A stretch of DNA of 33,431 bases from Stegostoma tigrinum. Lineage: Eukaryota. Positions 22,291 through 33,431 of the stretch are shown here, in pieces; position 1 is the first letter of the stretch, and every line of letters begins with the position of its first letter. The position numbers and the translations under genes were made by a program. The notes under the pieces were generated by a model, which worked only from the letters and a program-made list of their open reading frames with translations, had not been told where the DNA came from and searched no databases. The stretch covers positions 4,556,570-4,590,000 of the forward strand of contig NC_081396.1 of the NCBI RefSeq assembly GCF_030684315.1, read 5' to 3'.

Positions 22291-23534
22291 TGCAGAGACA
22301 AACTTTAATTCCATTATTATCCCACTTGCAGAAATATAGACATCTGAGGTAAGAGGCAGCTTAGTTACTTATTTTACAAAACACTTTAATGAACACATCA
22401 GAACGGCCACGCATGAACACAATTTCTGAGTCTCACAGGCAGACACAGAAGTGCATTGACCAATGCACAGTGGGGTATTTTCAATAAAGGGGAACAGCAC
22501 AACATCAATAAACATCCACACCTAATAGCACAAAAAAAATCTTTTCAGGAGATGGTTTAGAATGCATTGACATGCAATTAACAGCATCACATAAATTTAA
22601 ACATCAATCAATACATGAAGTTACACACGAACATAACATGTTTATGGAGCACAAACATGAAAATAATTTGTTTCTGGCAGAGTCTACAATCGATACATAA
22701 ACGCACATTTTCAATCGCACTATACAAAAGAAAAATCACCATGTAATTAAAAAATGTTTTAGGTGTCAACGAATGAAGTAGCATATTAACATAACGTTGC
22801 TTACACGTTGTGAAATGAACACAATTTACCGACAAAGCACAAAGATGTTAATGAACATAACGGCACCTATGCAACATGAATATGCTTGGCCATGCATAAT
22901 CTCCAAAGAGAATACGAGTGAAGGAAGAGACACTCATAACCACATACACAAACAATAAATTGAAAAAAAGTACACACCAAGCTGCAGACAAAAAAAAACT
23001 AAGGGAGAGTTCACAAAATAAAAAAAATCTCAGCGTCGACAGATAATGCAAACAAATATAAGAAATAATGTTCGTACTCTGGATCAATTTATATTCATGA
23101 TTTGTCGAGCAATTAGTCACATATAAAAATGAAAGATCAGTCGTCACATTTGCACTCATATTCACTGATGTCCACAATTTTCAACTTAACAGCTGCCACT
23201 GCCTATATTGCAAATGCAATGCCATAATTAATGTAATCGTTGCCAATCAGTGAAATGACAACAGTGATTATATTCTCCATTAATATTTTAAAGAATGAAA
23301 TACGACAAAATGTTCAGACGTGGCTAAGAAAGGAAGGACATGTCCAAACGGGATTAGCAAGTCATTGCTGGCAAGAAATAACACAACAATAGATGGAGAG
23401 TAAAAGTCAAATTTGAGAACAACCTGACAGTTTGAAGAACGTGTGACAGTACTTAATTACAATATTTAGAGAAAGATATATCAGGCTGGATCAATGAACA
23501 ATCTCAACTCGTTGTCTCGATTTTATATTCATAG

Positions 23535-23662
23535 ACTCGAGAGATCATAATTGGATTGAAGACTCTGAGGATGATAACGGCAACATGTGGACAACTGCTT
23601 CTACATTCATTACCTTGTTCTTTCTGAGCATTTTCTACAGTGCTGCCGTCACACTGGTCAAG
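23535..23662 (+). CDS. IGHM: IgM membrane exon TM1, intact
   Basis: AG at 23533-23534. Translates SRDHNWIEDSEDDNGNMWTTASTFITLFFLSIFYSAAVTLVK, with the conserved antigen-receptor TM (CART) residues. Donor AAG|GTAAGA at 23663. Confidence 0.96.
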
Positions 23663-23801
23663 GTAAGACAAATGAAATCGCTCGCACCTCAAACAGGCCA
23701 CTGTTGTTTGTGCAATCTGGTTGTGTGTCAATTAATTAAAATTAAAACCTGAATGCCCTGAGCATAGATTTTAACATCTTTACCTTATCACTCTTTTTCA
23801 G

Positions 23802-23810
23802 GTCAAGTGA
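23802..23810 (+). CDS. IGHM: IgM membrane exon TM2 (VK-stop)
   Basis: ctctttttcAG|GTC AAG TGA gives the KVK cytoplasmic tail. Confidence 0.93.
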   Translation, partial: VK

Positions 23811-24109
23811 ATGAATTTTGCAACCCGTGGAATTTCGTCGTCTCTTCATCGAGGCGACTGAACTCCAAATGTATAATCAGTCATGTTTTTGAAAGTAGCA
23901 GTGAGATAAATTCACTTTATGAGTCTGTAAATGAGAAAATCTTTGTTGTGTTTTCAATTTCCCTTGCTTGGTAACGCCAAGATAGTTAGTGTTTCAATAA
24001 TTTGTAGCTTCCTAATAGGTGAAGTCAATTTGTGTTGTTGTTGTTGTTATTCCTCACTCAGAATTGTTGTTCGTCTTCTATGTTGAGTCTGTAATTTCTT
24101 TTTCTGATG

Positions 24110-24980
24110 ACTATTATCGATGAGTATGAAATTCAGAGCTCAGATGGTATGTGTCATCGACTGAATGTGGCATCAAATCATTATGTTCACTTTTGGTAAT
24201 TTTAACATAAATTTTTGATAAAAATGCAGTCTGAATCAAGAAATATACAGAGACTGAATATGTACAAACCTTGAGTTTGCTGTATTCTTTCTTCAAAGGT
24301 CATCAGTAATGGCAGTAGAATGACGGTCGTGATTTGTATAATGACTGGGCAAATGGGAGTGACCTGTGTGCAGAACAGGATACAATAATGGACTGCTTGC
24401 GCTGAAATCACTCTGCCTCTGGATTATGCCATGAGACAGATCGAGTGAAAAATAGGGTTAATATTCATGGGCTAGAAGATGGAGAAGCTGAAGATGGAGA
24501 AGCTGAAGATGGAGAAGCTGAAGATGGAGAATTTTCCTAAATTTTACCGTCCCGCTCCGATTCCAGTCAAATGCTTCAGAGTTATATCTGACTGTGTTTC
24601 TTGTCGCCATTAGGTTCAGGTTTCTCCATCTTGCAGCCCATTTTTCACTCGATCTGTCTAATGACACAGTCCAGACACAGAATGATGACAGCACAAGCAG
24701 GCCATTGTTGTATCCTGTTATGCAGACAGGTCACACCCGTTTGTCCAGCCATTGTAAAAATCACAGCCGTTGTTCTGTTGTGAACCTTCTGGAGGCAGGC
24801 AATGGAGTTAGGAAGTTTACTCTGTTCTGACTAAAAGCACAAAACCTCCAGGATCGGTAGAACTTCAGTTACTCACAGATAAATGTCCACCTAGCATGGC
24901 CATTTAAACATTCATCAGCCAAGAATATCACATTCGGTCGCGAATACAGACACATTGAGACCTATGAGACCCATAACAGA
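24110..24980. repeat. Long diverged inverted repeat, possibly an old non-autonomous DNA transposon or MITE
   Basis: About 24293-24457 is the reverse complement of about 24634-24790. Mirror-image ORFs AQAVHYCILFCTQVTPICP (minus) and AQAGHCCILLCRQVTPVCP (plus). Weaker similarity extends outwards. Confidence 0.7.
24475..24531. repeat. Perfect 15-bp minisatellite GAAGATGGAGAAGCT, 3.8 copies
   Basis: Read directly from the sequence. Confidence 0.95.
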
Positions 24981-26974
24981 ATTTGGCACCAATAAAATAA
25001 ACCATTCTCAGCATCTGTAACCTGTCCGTTCTGGACACACTGAAACTTCCTCTGCTAGTTTGATTTTATTTATTCTGGGAGCTACTCCTGGAATATGAAT
25101 CCCTTACGACAACTGCTGTTTCAAAGCACCAACCAATTAAAATGATCTTTGTTCAAATCTGATAAATTCGTCACCCTGGAGCACCAACAAACTAGGTACA
25201 TATGTCAGGTATTTTCTTTATTTTCACAATTTACCATTTAATACTTAAACGTGAATATTGTACCTCAACAAGAGACTGATGATCTCCTCAAATGCATGTA
25301 ACCGTTACACATGTGCAAATTTACAAAATTAAAATGAATTGCACGCTAAATTGAATTGGGCACACTCGGAGAATCTTCCAAACTATTGGAGCAACAGTCG
25401 CATTCTTTCACCACTGCTGGAAATCTTCAACGGGCAAAGTATCTGAAAGAAACACACAGGCAGATTTACAATGTGGAAATCCAAACGACAACAGAAATCG
25501 ATAGTGTACAAAGCATTACGTTCGTACTGACGATAGAAGCAGCGCTGTTAAATGTGCGAGATGCTCAGACAAATTTCTGTGCCTACTCTGTGACAGACAC
25601 AGAAATTAATCTCGATCCATCACAAAATTTCATTCAAAGCATCTCGCCAGGCTCCTATTTTTTGGAATGTCCTGAATAATCCCGAGGTCACAGCACAGTT
25701 TACAGGAAATTTAATTCATTGAATCACTCGCTACTTTAAAATGAGCTTCATTTTATCTAATTTTGAGTTGTTTCAATTGTCAACTATATTTGACCAGCGT
25801 CTGAAAGTTTTCCAATCCTTCCTCTGTGGAAGTAATTTCTCACTATCCAATTCTACTAAAACCATCAGGATTGTAAGAAAATCAGCCATATTGAAAATTG
25901 CTGTTCAACAGACGAGAACAGTCCTGACTTTGCAATGTCGGTGAGGTGCATCATCCCAGGAAACGTGCTGTGATAGTGAATAGCCGCTGTCTCCAGACTT
26001 CGTATTCATCAAAAAAAAGTGTCCACAGAAACTGGACTCAGTTTTCCAGGTGAGCTGAGCGACTGTTCTTTAAGTTTAACGTAATTCCTTTCATTTTTAC
26101 CTCCCGCAGTATTAATGAAGAAATGCATTTTCTGCACTTGCCCCGACATGTCATGGCACATTCCCTGATTTGTGCACATAGTCAGGGAGGATCCTCAGCA
26201 GATTGGATGGCTCCGCAACTCTTTCCCACATGCTGAACGTTGAATGGCTTCTCCCCAGTATCAGTTCGCTGCTGTGTAATGAATTTATGAGACTGCCTAA
26301 ATATCCTTCCACAGGTATGGCAGCAGAATTGTTTTTCTTCATTTTGAGATGGAACGTATGACAGGGGATGATGGACTTAAAAAATTCCCTCCCACACATG
26401 AAGCGAGTCAATGACTTTACCCACATACAGCTGTGATGATGTCTTCCCAGAGAAGAAAGAATCGAATTCTGCAGTGCCCACATACTCATGGATATTCTGT
26501 GGTGCTGGTCTCCTTATGAGTGTGGTCATGCTTTGTCAGCCTGGGTGGATAATTAAATACTCTGCCACAATTCTGACATCGCCACAGTTTCTTCATTTTG
26601 GTCGTGTTCTCTTGTGTCTGCAGTTTGAATGATCAGTTGAAGTCTCATATACACACGGAACACTTAGTTTTGTGTCAATGCGAATATTGCATTTGTTTTA
26701 ATATCGACAATTGAAACCATTCCTATATTCAGTTATTTTTGAAATCTGTCACTGAAATGCATATGTGCCTCAGAGAATTTGCAGTCACACTGACCTTTGA
26801 ACTGTTATAACACAGACAGGGCAGGCAAATATTTCACATGTCATATTTAGTGATCAATTACAGTCAGGTCCAGATAATTCAGGCGATTGACAAATTTTAG
26901 TGCATGGTTTATTTTGCATTTCCCATCTGAAACTTGCAACACTCTGAAATGAATTTACCAAAGACAACAATATA

Positions 26975-27170
26975 ATGCTGTGGCTGGAAGAACACAGCAG
27001 GCCAGGCAGCATCTTAGGAGCATAAAAGCTGTCGTTTCAGGCGTAGAATGAAGGGTCTAGGCCCGAAACGTCGGCATTTGGGCACCTAAAATGCTGCTTG
27101 GCCTGCTGTGTTAATCCAGGATCACAATTCATGATCTTGGATTCTGCAGCATCTGCAGTTTCCATCATGT
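26975..27170 (+). mobile_element. Solo inverted-pLTR hairpin of the Neptune-like Penelope family
   Basis: About 26980-27047 is the reverse complement of about 27056-27125. The right arm matches 28418-28525. Confidence 0.75.
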
Positions 27171-27271
27171 CATGAGATAATACTAGTTTCTTTCGTTTGA
27201 GATCCAAACTCATTCTAATTATTTCTTTCCTCAAATCTTAGTGTTTTCCCATCATATCCCATGTTTTGTTT

Positions 27272-28525
27272 CAATTCCATCCCCTATTCCCAACTCCTCC
27301 ACCTCCGCTGCATCTGCTCCCAGGATGAGGCATTTCACTCCTGCACATCCCAGATGTCCACGTTCTACAAGGACCGCCAGTTTCCCCCCACAGTGGTAGA
27401 GAACGGCCTTGACTGCGTCTCCCGCATTTCCCGCAACACATCCCTCACACCCCGCCCCCGCCACAGACGGCCCAAGAGGATCCCCCTCGTTCTTACATTC
27501 AACCCCACCAACCTCCAGATACAACGCATCATCCTCCGACACTTGTGTCATCTCCAATCCGACCCCACCACTCAAGCCATTTTTCCATCCCTACCCTTGT
27601 CTGCCTTCCGGAGAGACAAATCACTCAATGACTCCCTTGTCCGCTCCACACTCCCCTTCAATCCCAACACACCCGGCACCTTCCTCTGCAACCGCAGTAG
27701 GTGTTACACTAACCCCGACACCTCCTCTCTCACCCCCATCCCAGGCCACAAGATAACCTTCCATATTAAGCAGATGTTCACCTGCACATCTGCCAATCTG
27801 TTACACTGTATCCATTGTACCTGGTGTGGCTCCCTCTACATTGGAGAAACCAAGCTGAGGCTTGTGAACCACTTTGCAGGACACCTCCTCTCATTTCACA
27901 ATAAACAACTGCACCTCCCAGTCGCGAACCATTTTAACTCCCCCTCCCCTTCCTCAGACGACATGTCCACCATGGGCCTCCTGCAGTGCCGCAATGATGC
28001 CACCCGAAGGTTGCAAGAACAGCAGCTCATATTCTGCTTGGGAACCCTGCAGCCCAATGGTATCAATGTGGGCTTCTCAAGATTCAAAATCTTCCCTTCC
28101 CCCACTGCATCACAAAACCAGCCCAGCTCATCCCCTCCACCCACTGCATCACAAAACCAGACCAGCCTGTCTCCGCTTCACTCACCTGTTCTTCCTCTCA
28201 CCCAGCCCTTCCTCCCACCTCCAACCGCACCTCCACTTCTTACCTACTACCTCATCCGAACTCCTTGACCTGTCTGTCTTCCCCGGACTGATCTGTCCCT
28301 TCCGTACCTCCCCACCTATACTCTCCTCTCTACTTATCTTCTTTTCTCTCCATCTTCGGTCCGCCTTCCCCTCTCTCCCTATTTATTCCAGAACCTTCTC
28401 CCCATCCCCCTCTCTGATGAAGGGTCTAGGCCTGAAACGTCAGCTTTTGTGCTCCTGAGATTCTGCTTGGCCTGCTGAGTTCATGCAGCTTCACACTTTG
28501 TTATTTTGGTTTCAGTTCTCCAGCT
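27272..28525 (+). mobile_element. 5'-truncated Penelope-like retroelement (Neptune-type): RT C-terminus, Cys linker, GIY-YIG endonuclease and pLTR
   Basis: ORF 27261-28268 has SIPYSQLLHLRCICS (PLE RT thumb region), CNRSRCYT and LLHCIHCTWCGSLYIGETKLRL..HF..H (GIY-YIG). A C/T-rich tract and terminal repeat follow. Confidence 0.9.
28411..28444 (+). ncRNA. Minimal hammerhead ribozyme motif in the PLE pLTR
   Basis: tCT-CTGATGA(28414-28420)-a-GGGtctaggCCT-GAAA(28434-28437)-c-GTC-AG. Confidence 0.6.
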
Positions 28526-30604
28526 TGTTTACACATGGAAAAGTAAATCAATAAGCAAATGATTTTCTTGACAGGTCACTGACATCTTAATTCTCTCTTC
28601 TACAGCTCTACAAACGGACACATTCAAATGGCTCAATTTACAACATGTTTTTTCTTAAATTTTCTGTTTGTCCCTCTCACTCCCTGTTCCTATTTTCTAA
28701 GCACATCGTCTAAACTCAGAGTCAGGTGTCTCAGATTGCAGTTCGGAAACCCTCGCGGTTGCACCAGCTGTCACAAAGTCATCATGCTGTCACGGAAATG
28801 ACATTTGTTCTCAAACAGGATAGCTGCCAGTTAGCCCCGTGGGCGACACACGTGACCTGAGACCCACTGATCCTGGTTCTTTGGCCGCAACCAACTGTTT
28901 CCAGGCCTACCTCCTTTGACAAACTCTATCATTGGAAGGAGTGGATCTTATCATTTAGGCCCAGCGAACTCCCCAGGATATTACTGAAACTTCCCGCTCA
29001 CCTGATAATGTCATTCCTCCCCAAAATTTGGACGCATGATCTGCAACCCTCTGCGCATACTCCAGTTCACTGTGGGGCTTGGATGATTGATGGCAGCTCG
29101 ATGCCAAGAGGAAGACCACAGAGGGAAGAGGCCTGAGGGCCAAAGGCTCTTGTGAAACCAATCGGGTGCATGAAGGGTGAAGCTGAGTCTGTGTATCGTT
29201 CATTGATTGCAATTATGCCTCATTTGGAGACCTAATTTGCCTAAAACTCCATGATAAAATTATATCTTTCTGTTCGTGGATTTAAAAAGGTGAATGCCAG
29301 AGCGGATGATGCCAGAATTTCCACAAATGTTATTGAAATGAGGGAATGCAGCGAAATAATTTGCAAAGAATTAGAGTACTGCCTCGAAGAAATAAGCACA
29401 CAGATAACATTGTTACATCATTCCAACAGAAGTCAAAAATTCAGAAGCAGAAATTGTGCAAACTGTCATGTCAGCGAGCTACAGACACAAGATCGATAAA
29501 GTGGGGATTTTCGTTCTGATTTCAAGTGCTGCGGACGAAAGAGCTTTTGTGCAATTTGTTTTACCTTAATTAGCACTGACATATTTTATCAGTGTAAACT
29601 TGCTTAAAACAATTTGAACAATTGATGCTTTGTGCGTTGTCTTTGAACAATATAAAGTGAGTGTTCATTTTTTCTTCCATCTATTTTAACTTTTGAGCAG
29701 ATGAGTGCAGTGACAGAATCTTCAAAAGTCAGAGCTGAAGAACATGTTTTAATGGATTAGACTTGCTCATTTCAACAGGGCAGGCATGAATAGATTTTTT
29801 TTTAAAATTAAAAAGAAAATAAACGAACTGCGAGGCTACTCATCTGTCAGAAATGATCCATTAACAAAATTCCCAGCACAGCTGAGAGACCATTCAGTTC
29901 TGTGCTGTATTTGAGACATCGTGAAAAGGAACACAGTCAGTGCCAGTCGAGGAAAAATAATTGATCAAGTGAGAAAGAACTAAATCCTCAGTAAGAATGT
30001 TGAACTTTGCATGAGTGCTGACTGTGCCAGCTACAGAATGTATGCTATGAAAAATGAATGATATTTTATTTTCGACATCAACTAATGGAACATGCTGCCG
30101 TTGTATGTTGTTTGTCCATGTCAACGCCAAATGGTCGTGATCATTGGTAAAATCAATTACTGAAAGGCCAGATAGAAACATGGAGGCCAATTATATCCAA
30201 ATCATCACACCATCTCCACGGCCACACCCCAACCAACAGCCCAACGACAAGAGAGACATTTATCATTTTGAACAAAAATAGAGTGCAATGCCAAACTCAA
30301 ATTCAGCATGATATTGGAAAGAGCGAGCACAGATGATTAGTGCAATTTAGCTCACTGTTCTTCTATTGCCTCTGTTATGCCTTTATGTCTGAATTCAATT
30401 AAATGATTCTTTCCTTTTCTTTGTTCTCTGGTCGTGTTTCATCGCTTTCGAAATTGTCATGCCATCAGTGAACAGCTCACGCCAAATTGAAATAGTTTGA
30501 AATTTCTCTCTTACCAGCTGGTGTTAATGTCAGTTCGGAAAATGTGTTAAAATTTTATAATATTGAGCGATTCGTTGATCACTTCAGATCGCAGATTATT
30601 TGCA

Positions 30605-30840
30605 ACAGTCATTATCCATTCAACATCCTGGCTGAGAAATATATCACCATCCTTCATTGTTATAGAGTTGTAATCCTGGAACTCTTTCTTGAATGGCATT
30701 GAGGGTCGAACTGTAACATTTGTCCACCAGCTGTCAAAGAAGGCAGATAGCACCATCATCCGAAGGTGCAACGAGAGACGGGCAATAGATGCTGACCCTG
30801 CCAGCTCCATCTCGCTTCCAAAACTGCATTGAAAAAAAAA
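30605..30840 (+). mobile_element. Decayed LINE 3' end (CR1/L2 group) with A tail
   Basis: atcctggaactctttcttgaatggcattg (WNSLP-like), aagaaggcag, gggcaatagatgctg and a terminal poly(A). Confidence 0.5.
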
Positions 30841-32877
30841 TCAATGTGCTCTGATAACAGAGAATGGAGAGAAGTTGTACAGAAACAAAAATTGTGACAG
30901 AGTCACCAGGTCTCCAGGGATATGTCTCATTTGGATCAGTGACGAGTGGAGAGACAGAGAAAGTGTAATTTCCACAGCAACGGGATGTTTGAGTACTTAG
31001 CATCATAGAGTTTCAGAGCAATGAATTAATTGTCATATGCATTGGAGCTACAGTTCTGAATACTGGTTTCGGAGCATTGTGATATGTTTATTTAATATGG
31101 AAAAGAGAGATAATGTGAGTGAGTAAAGCTGGCAGAAGAACAATCGTCTTATTGAATGAGAGAGCTGTAAGACTTCGATTTGCAAGTAAAGAATGATATC
31201 TGTTTTTCGATTATAGAGGTAGGGAGGGAAAAACATGAAAATGTACGAATAGAGGGACAGATACAAAAAAACAAAGACAGGGACGAAGTGAGAGAGAGTG
31301 AGGGGAACAGTACTTAACTTATTTCGTCAATCGTAGATGAAATGAATTTGATCAGAAATTTTGAAACCTTTAGCTATTTAAAGAACTGCTCTTGCAGAGA
31401 CTGATATTAATGCATCAAAAACATTCAGGTTAGAAAGACGTAACATTCCAGAATTTAACAGAACAGAACAGAAGACATGGAAGAATTATATGTCCATTTC
31501 GTACGTCGAGTCGTCTCTACCATTCGATAATAGTCTAAAATGAAACATTCCAACATTTTTCATTTGTCTCAGTTATATTGCGGTCAACTACAGTGACCCG
31601 TGGAAATTGGAAAAAAAAACTCCTTTGCAAAGCATAAACGTTTCCACTTTCAAACTACAGAATGTTAGAGCACAAAAGGAGATCACTGTAACTGTTGTAC
31701 CTTCGCCAGGTCCCAATAAGATTGACTGAGCTATCTCCATCGCCAACTGAACTCATCACATTCAAAAGAATCCCCATTTCTCTTTCTTTTTGAACCTCCA
31801 AAGGAATCTGACTCCCCGAAATACTCTAGACAGCATATTCCAAATCTTACCAACTCTCTGAGTTAAAAAAAAAACCCTCGTTCTCTTGCTGACAATTTTG
31901 CAACTATGAGCCATGATTACTCAACTACTATCCTCAGAGTTTGAGAGCAATGCATCTGTCAACGTTGTTCTCTGTTCAGTAGTTCATTTGGACTACCGAT
32001 GAACATGTGTTTTTTTTTTGTAATGTAGCTGCTTAGAGTTCTGTACCTTTTGATTCTGAAAACTCGTGGTAATTTCTATTGAAATCGCAAAGGAGAAGAG
32101 CTTTTTTTTCAAAGCAGAATCAGAAGCGTTATTTTCCTTTCTCTTACTCTCTATTCCTTATAATTTTTGCACATCCTCATTTTGTTTATTTCTCTCCATC
32201 TCTTCCTGGGTGCCAAATGTTCTCTTTCAGAAAACTGTATCATCCTTGCAGGGATTGTTCTGCCGATTCATGTCTCACAGAATTTTGCTGCCCCTATCAT
32301 CCTCAGTATTTATAATTGCTTTCATTTATCCTGTTTTTTTTCGGACATTGCTGAACGTTGAATGATTAAAGGTGTATTTCAGCATCGGTTGATCTATTAC
32401 TTTTGATGTAATTGCAGACCAGAAATTGGCGTTTAAAATTCCAGTGTGACCAGGACTGAAATGCACTCTTCATGAATCGATTTACTCCCAAAACGGTTGT
32501 AATCAAATCATTGACAATTTGTACATGCAGTCTGCACAACTTGCTTCATGGTGAATATTCTGCTCAAAACACTCTTGCTCATCTGTCCATCTGACAGATT
32601 TAACAGAAAGAAACAATCTGATGCCAGGCATATTGAAGATAATCTGCAACCAACTCCCTACGTTCTCTGCCCTTCTCCTTCGGACTTACAGTTGATTGCA
32701 TGCGATCGCAACACACAGTTCTTTGACAAGACCAGAGGAGATCATGTCAGCAATTGTCTTCAGACAGTGCTCAGGGAATAACAATGCATTATTTCTCCAA
32801 CCATGAAAAAGTTGTTGTAGTTTGCTGAAACAAACCGGAATAAGCATGCATTTCAGTTAAGATTAAGAAAACAAAGC

Positions 32878-33431
32878 TTTTTAGACAATCTACATCTCAG
32901 GCAACCTGCTTGTAACTGATGTCCATTTCAAGCCCACCGACTCCCACAGCTACCTCGAATATACCTCTTCCCACCCACCGTCATGCAAAAATTCCATCCC
33001 CTATTCCCAATTCCTCCGCCTCCGCCGAATCTGCTCCCACGATGAGGCATTCCACTCCCGCACATCCCAGATGTCCAAGTTCTTCAAGGACGGCAACTTT
33101 CGCCCCACTGTGGTCGAGAACGCCCTTGACCGAGCCTCCCGCATTTCCCGCAACACATCCCTCACACCCCACCCCCGCCACAACCGTCCAAAGAGGATCC
33201 CCCTCGTTCTCACACACCACCCCACCAACCTCCAGATACAACGCATCATCCTCCGACACTTCCGCCATCTTCAATCCGACCTCACCACACAAGCCATTTT
33301 TCAATCCCCACCCCTGTCTGCTTTCCGGAGAGACCACTCTCTCCGTGACTCTCTTGTTTGCTACACACTCCCCTCCAACCCAACCACACCTGGCACCTTT
33401 CCCTGCAACCGCAGGAAATGCTACACTTGCC
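32878..33431 (+). mobile_element. Second Neptune-type Penelope element fragment, running off the window end
   Basis: Open frame from 32888: IYISGNLLVTDVHFKPTDSHSYLEYTSSHPPSCKNSIPYSQFLRLRRICS...FPCNRRKCYTC. Closely similar to 27272-27710. Confidence 0.92.

Larger units (their letters stand above)
1638..23810 (+). pseudogene. IGHM: Shark-type IgM heavy-chain cluster (L-V-D1-D2-J-Cmu1-4-sec-TM1-TM2), germline configuration, unable to encode canonical IgM
   Basis: All segments are present in the order typical of elasmobranch clusters. The Cmu1 donor and Cmu4 acceptor are non-canonical and Cmu4 has a premature TGA at 20542-20544. Confidence 0.8.

Noticed and set aside
21872-23177. V/C/Y-rich minus-strand ORFs
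   Set aside because: They are by-products of CA-rich low-complexity intron sequence.
27409-28458. Overlapping Pro/Ser-rich ORFs and antisense ORFs (also 32981-33337)
   Set aside because: These are alternative frames of the C-rich Penelope sequence and have no independent support.

Overview
Eukaryotic genomic DNA from a cartilaginous fish (shark; an orectolobiform origin is inferred from the Ig and repeat sequences, not verified). The window holds one complete, unrearranged IgM heavy-chain mini-cluster on the + strand: promoter, leader, VH (23-RSS), D1 (12/22-RSS), D2 (12/12-RSS), JH, an ~11 kb J-C intron, Cmu1-Cmu4 with secretory tail, TM1 and TM2. Leader, V, D, J, Cmu2, Cmu3, TM1 and TM2 have open frames, and the spliced ones have canonical GT/AG sites. 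Three lesions fall only on Cmu1 and Cmu4: the Cmu1 donor reads GG instead of GT, the Cmu4 acceptor reads GG instead of AG, and Cmu4 has an in-frame TGA. The JH RSS nonamer also looks defective. The simplest reading is a young pseudogene. However, the exon phases allow an in-frame L-VDJ-Cmu2-Cmu3-TM product, i.e. a CH1-less, membrane-only heavy chain. Introns and flanks carry Penelope-like elements, including hairpin copies with minimal hammerhead-ribozyme cores, plus CR1 LINE relics, a V-SINE, a long inverted repeat 3' of TM2 and a 203-nt assembly gap. Repeat boundaries were judged by eye and are approximate.
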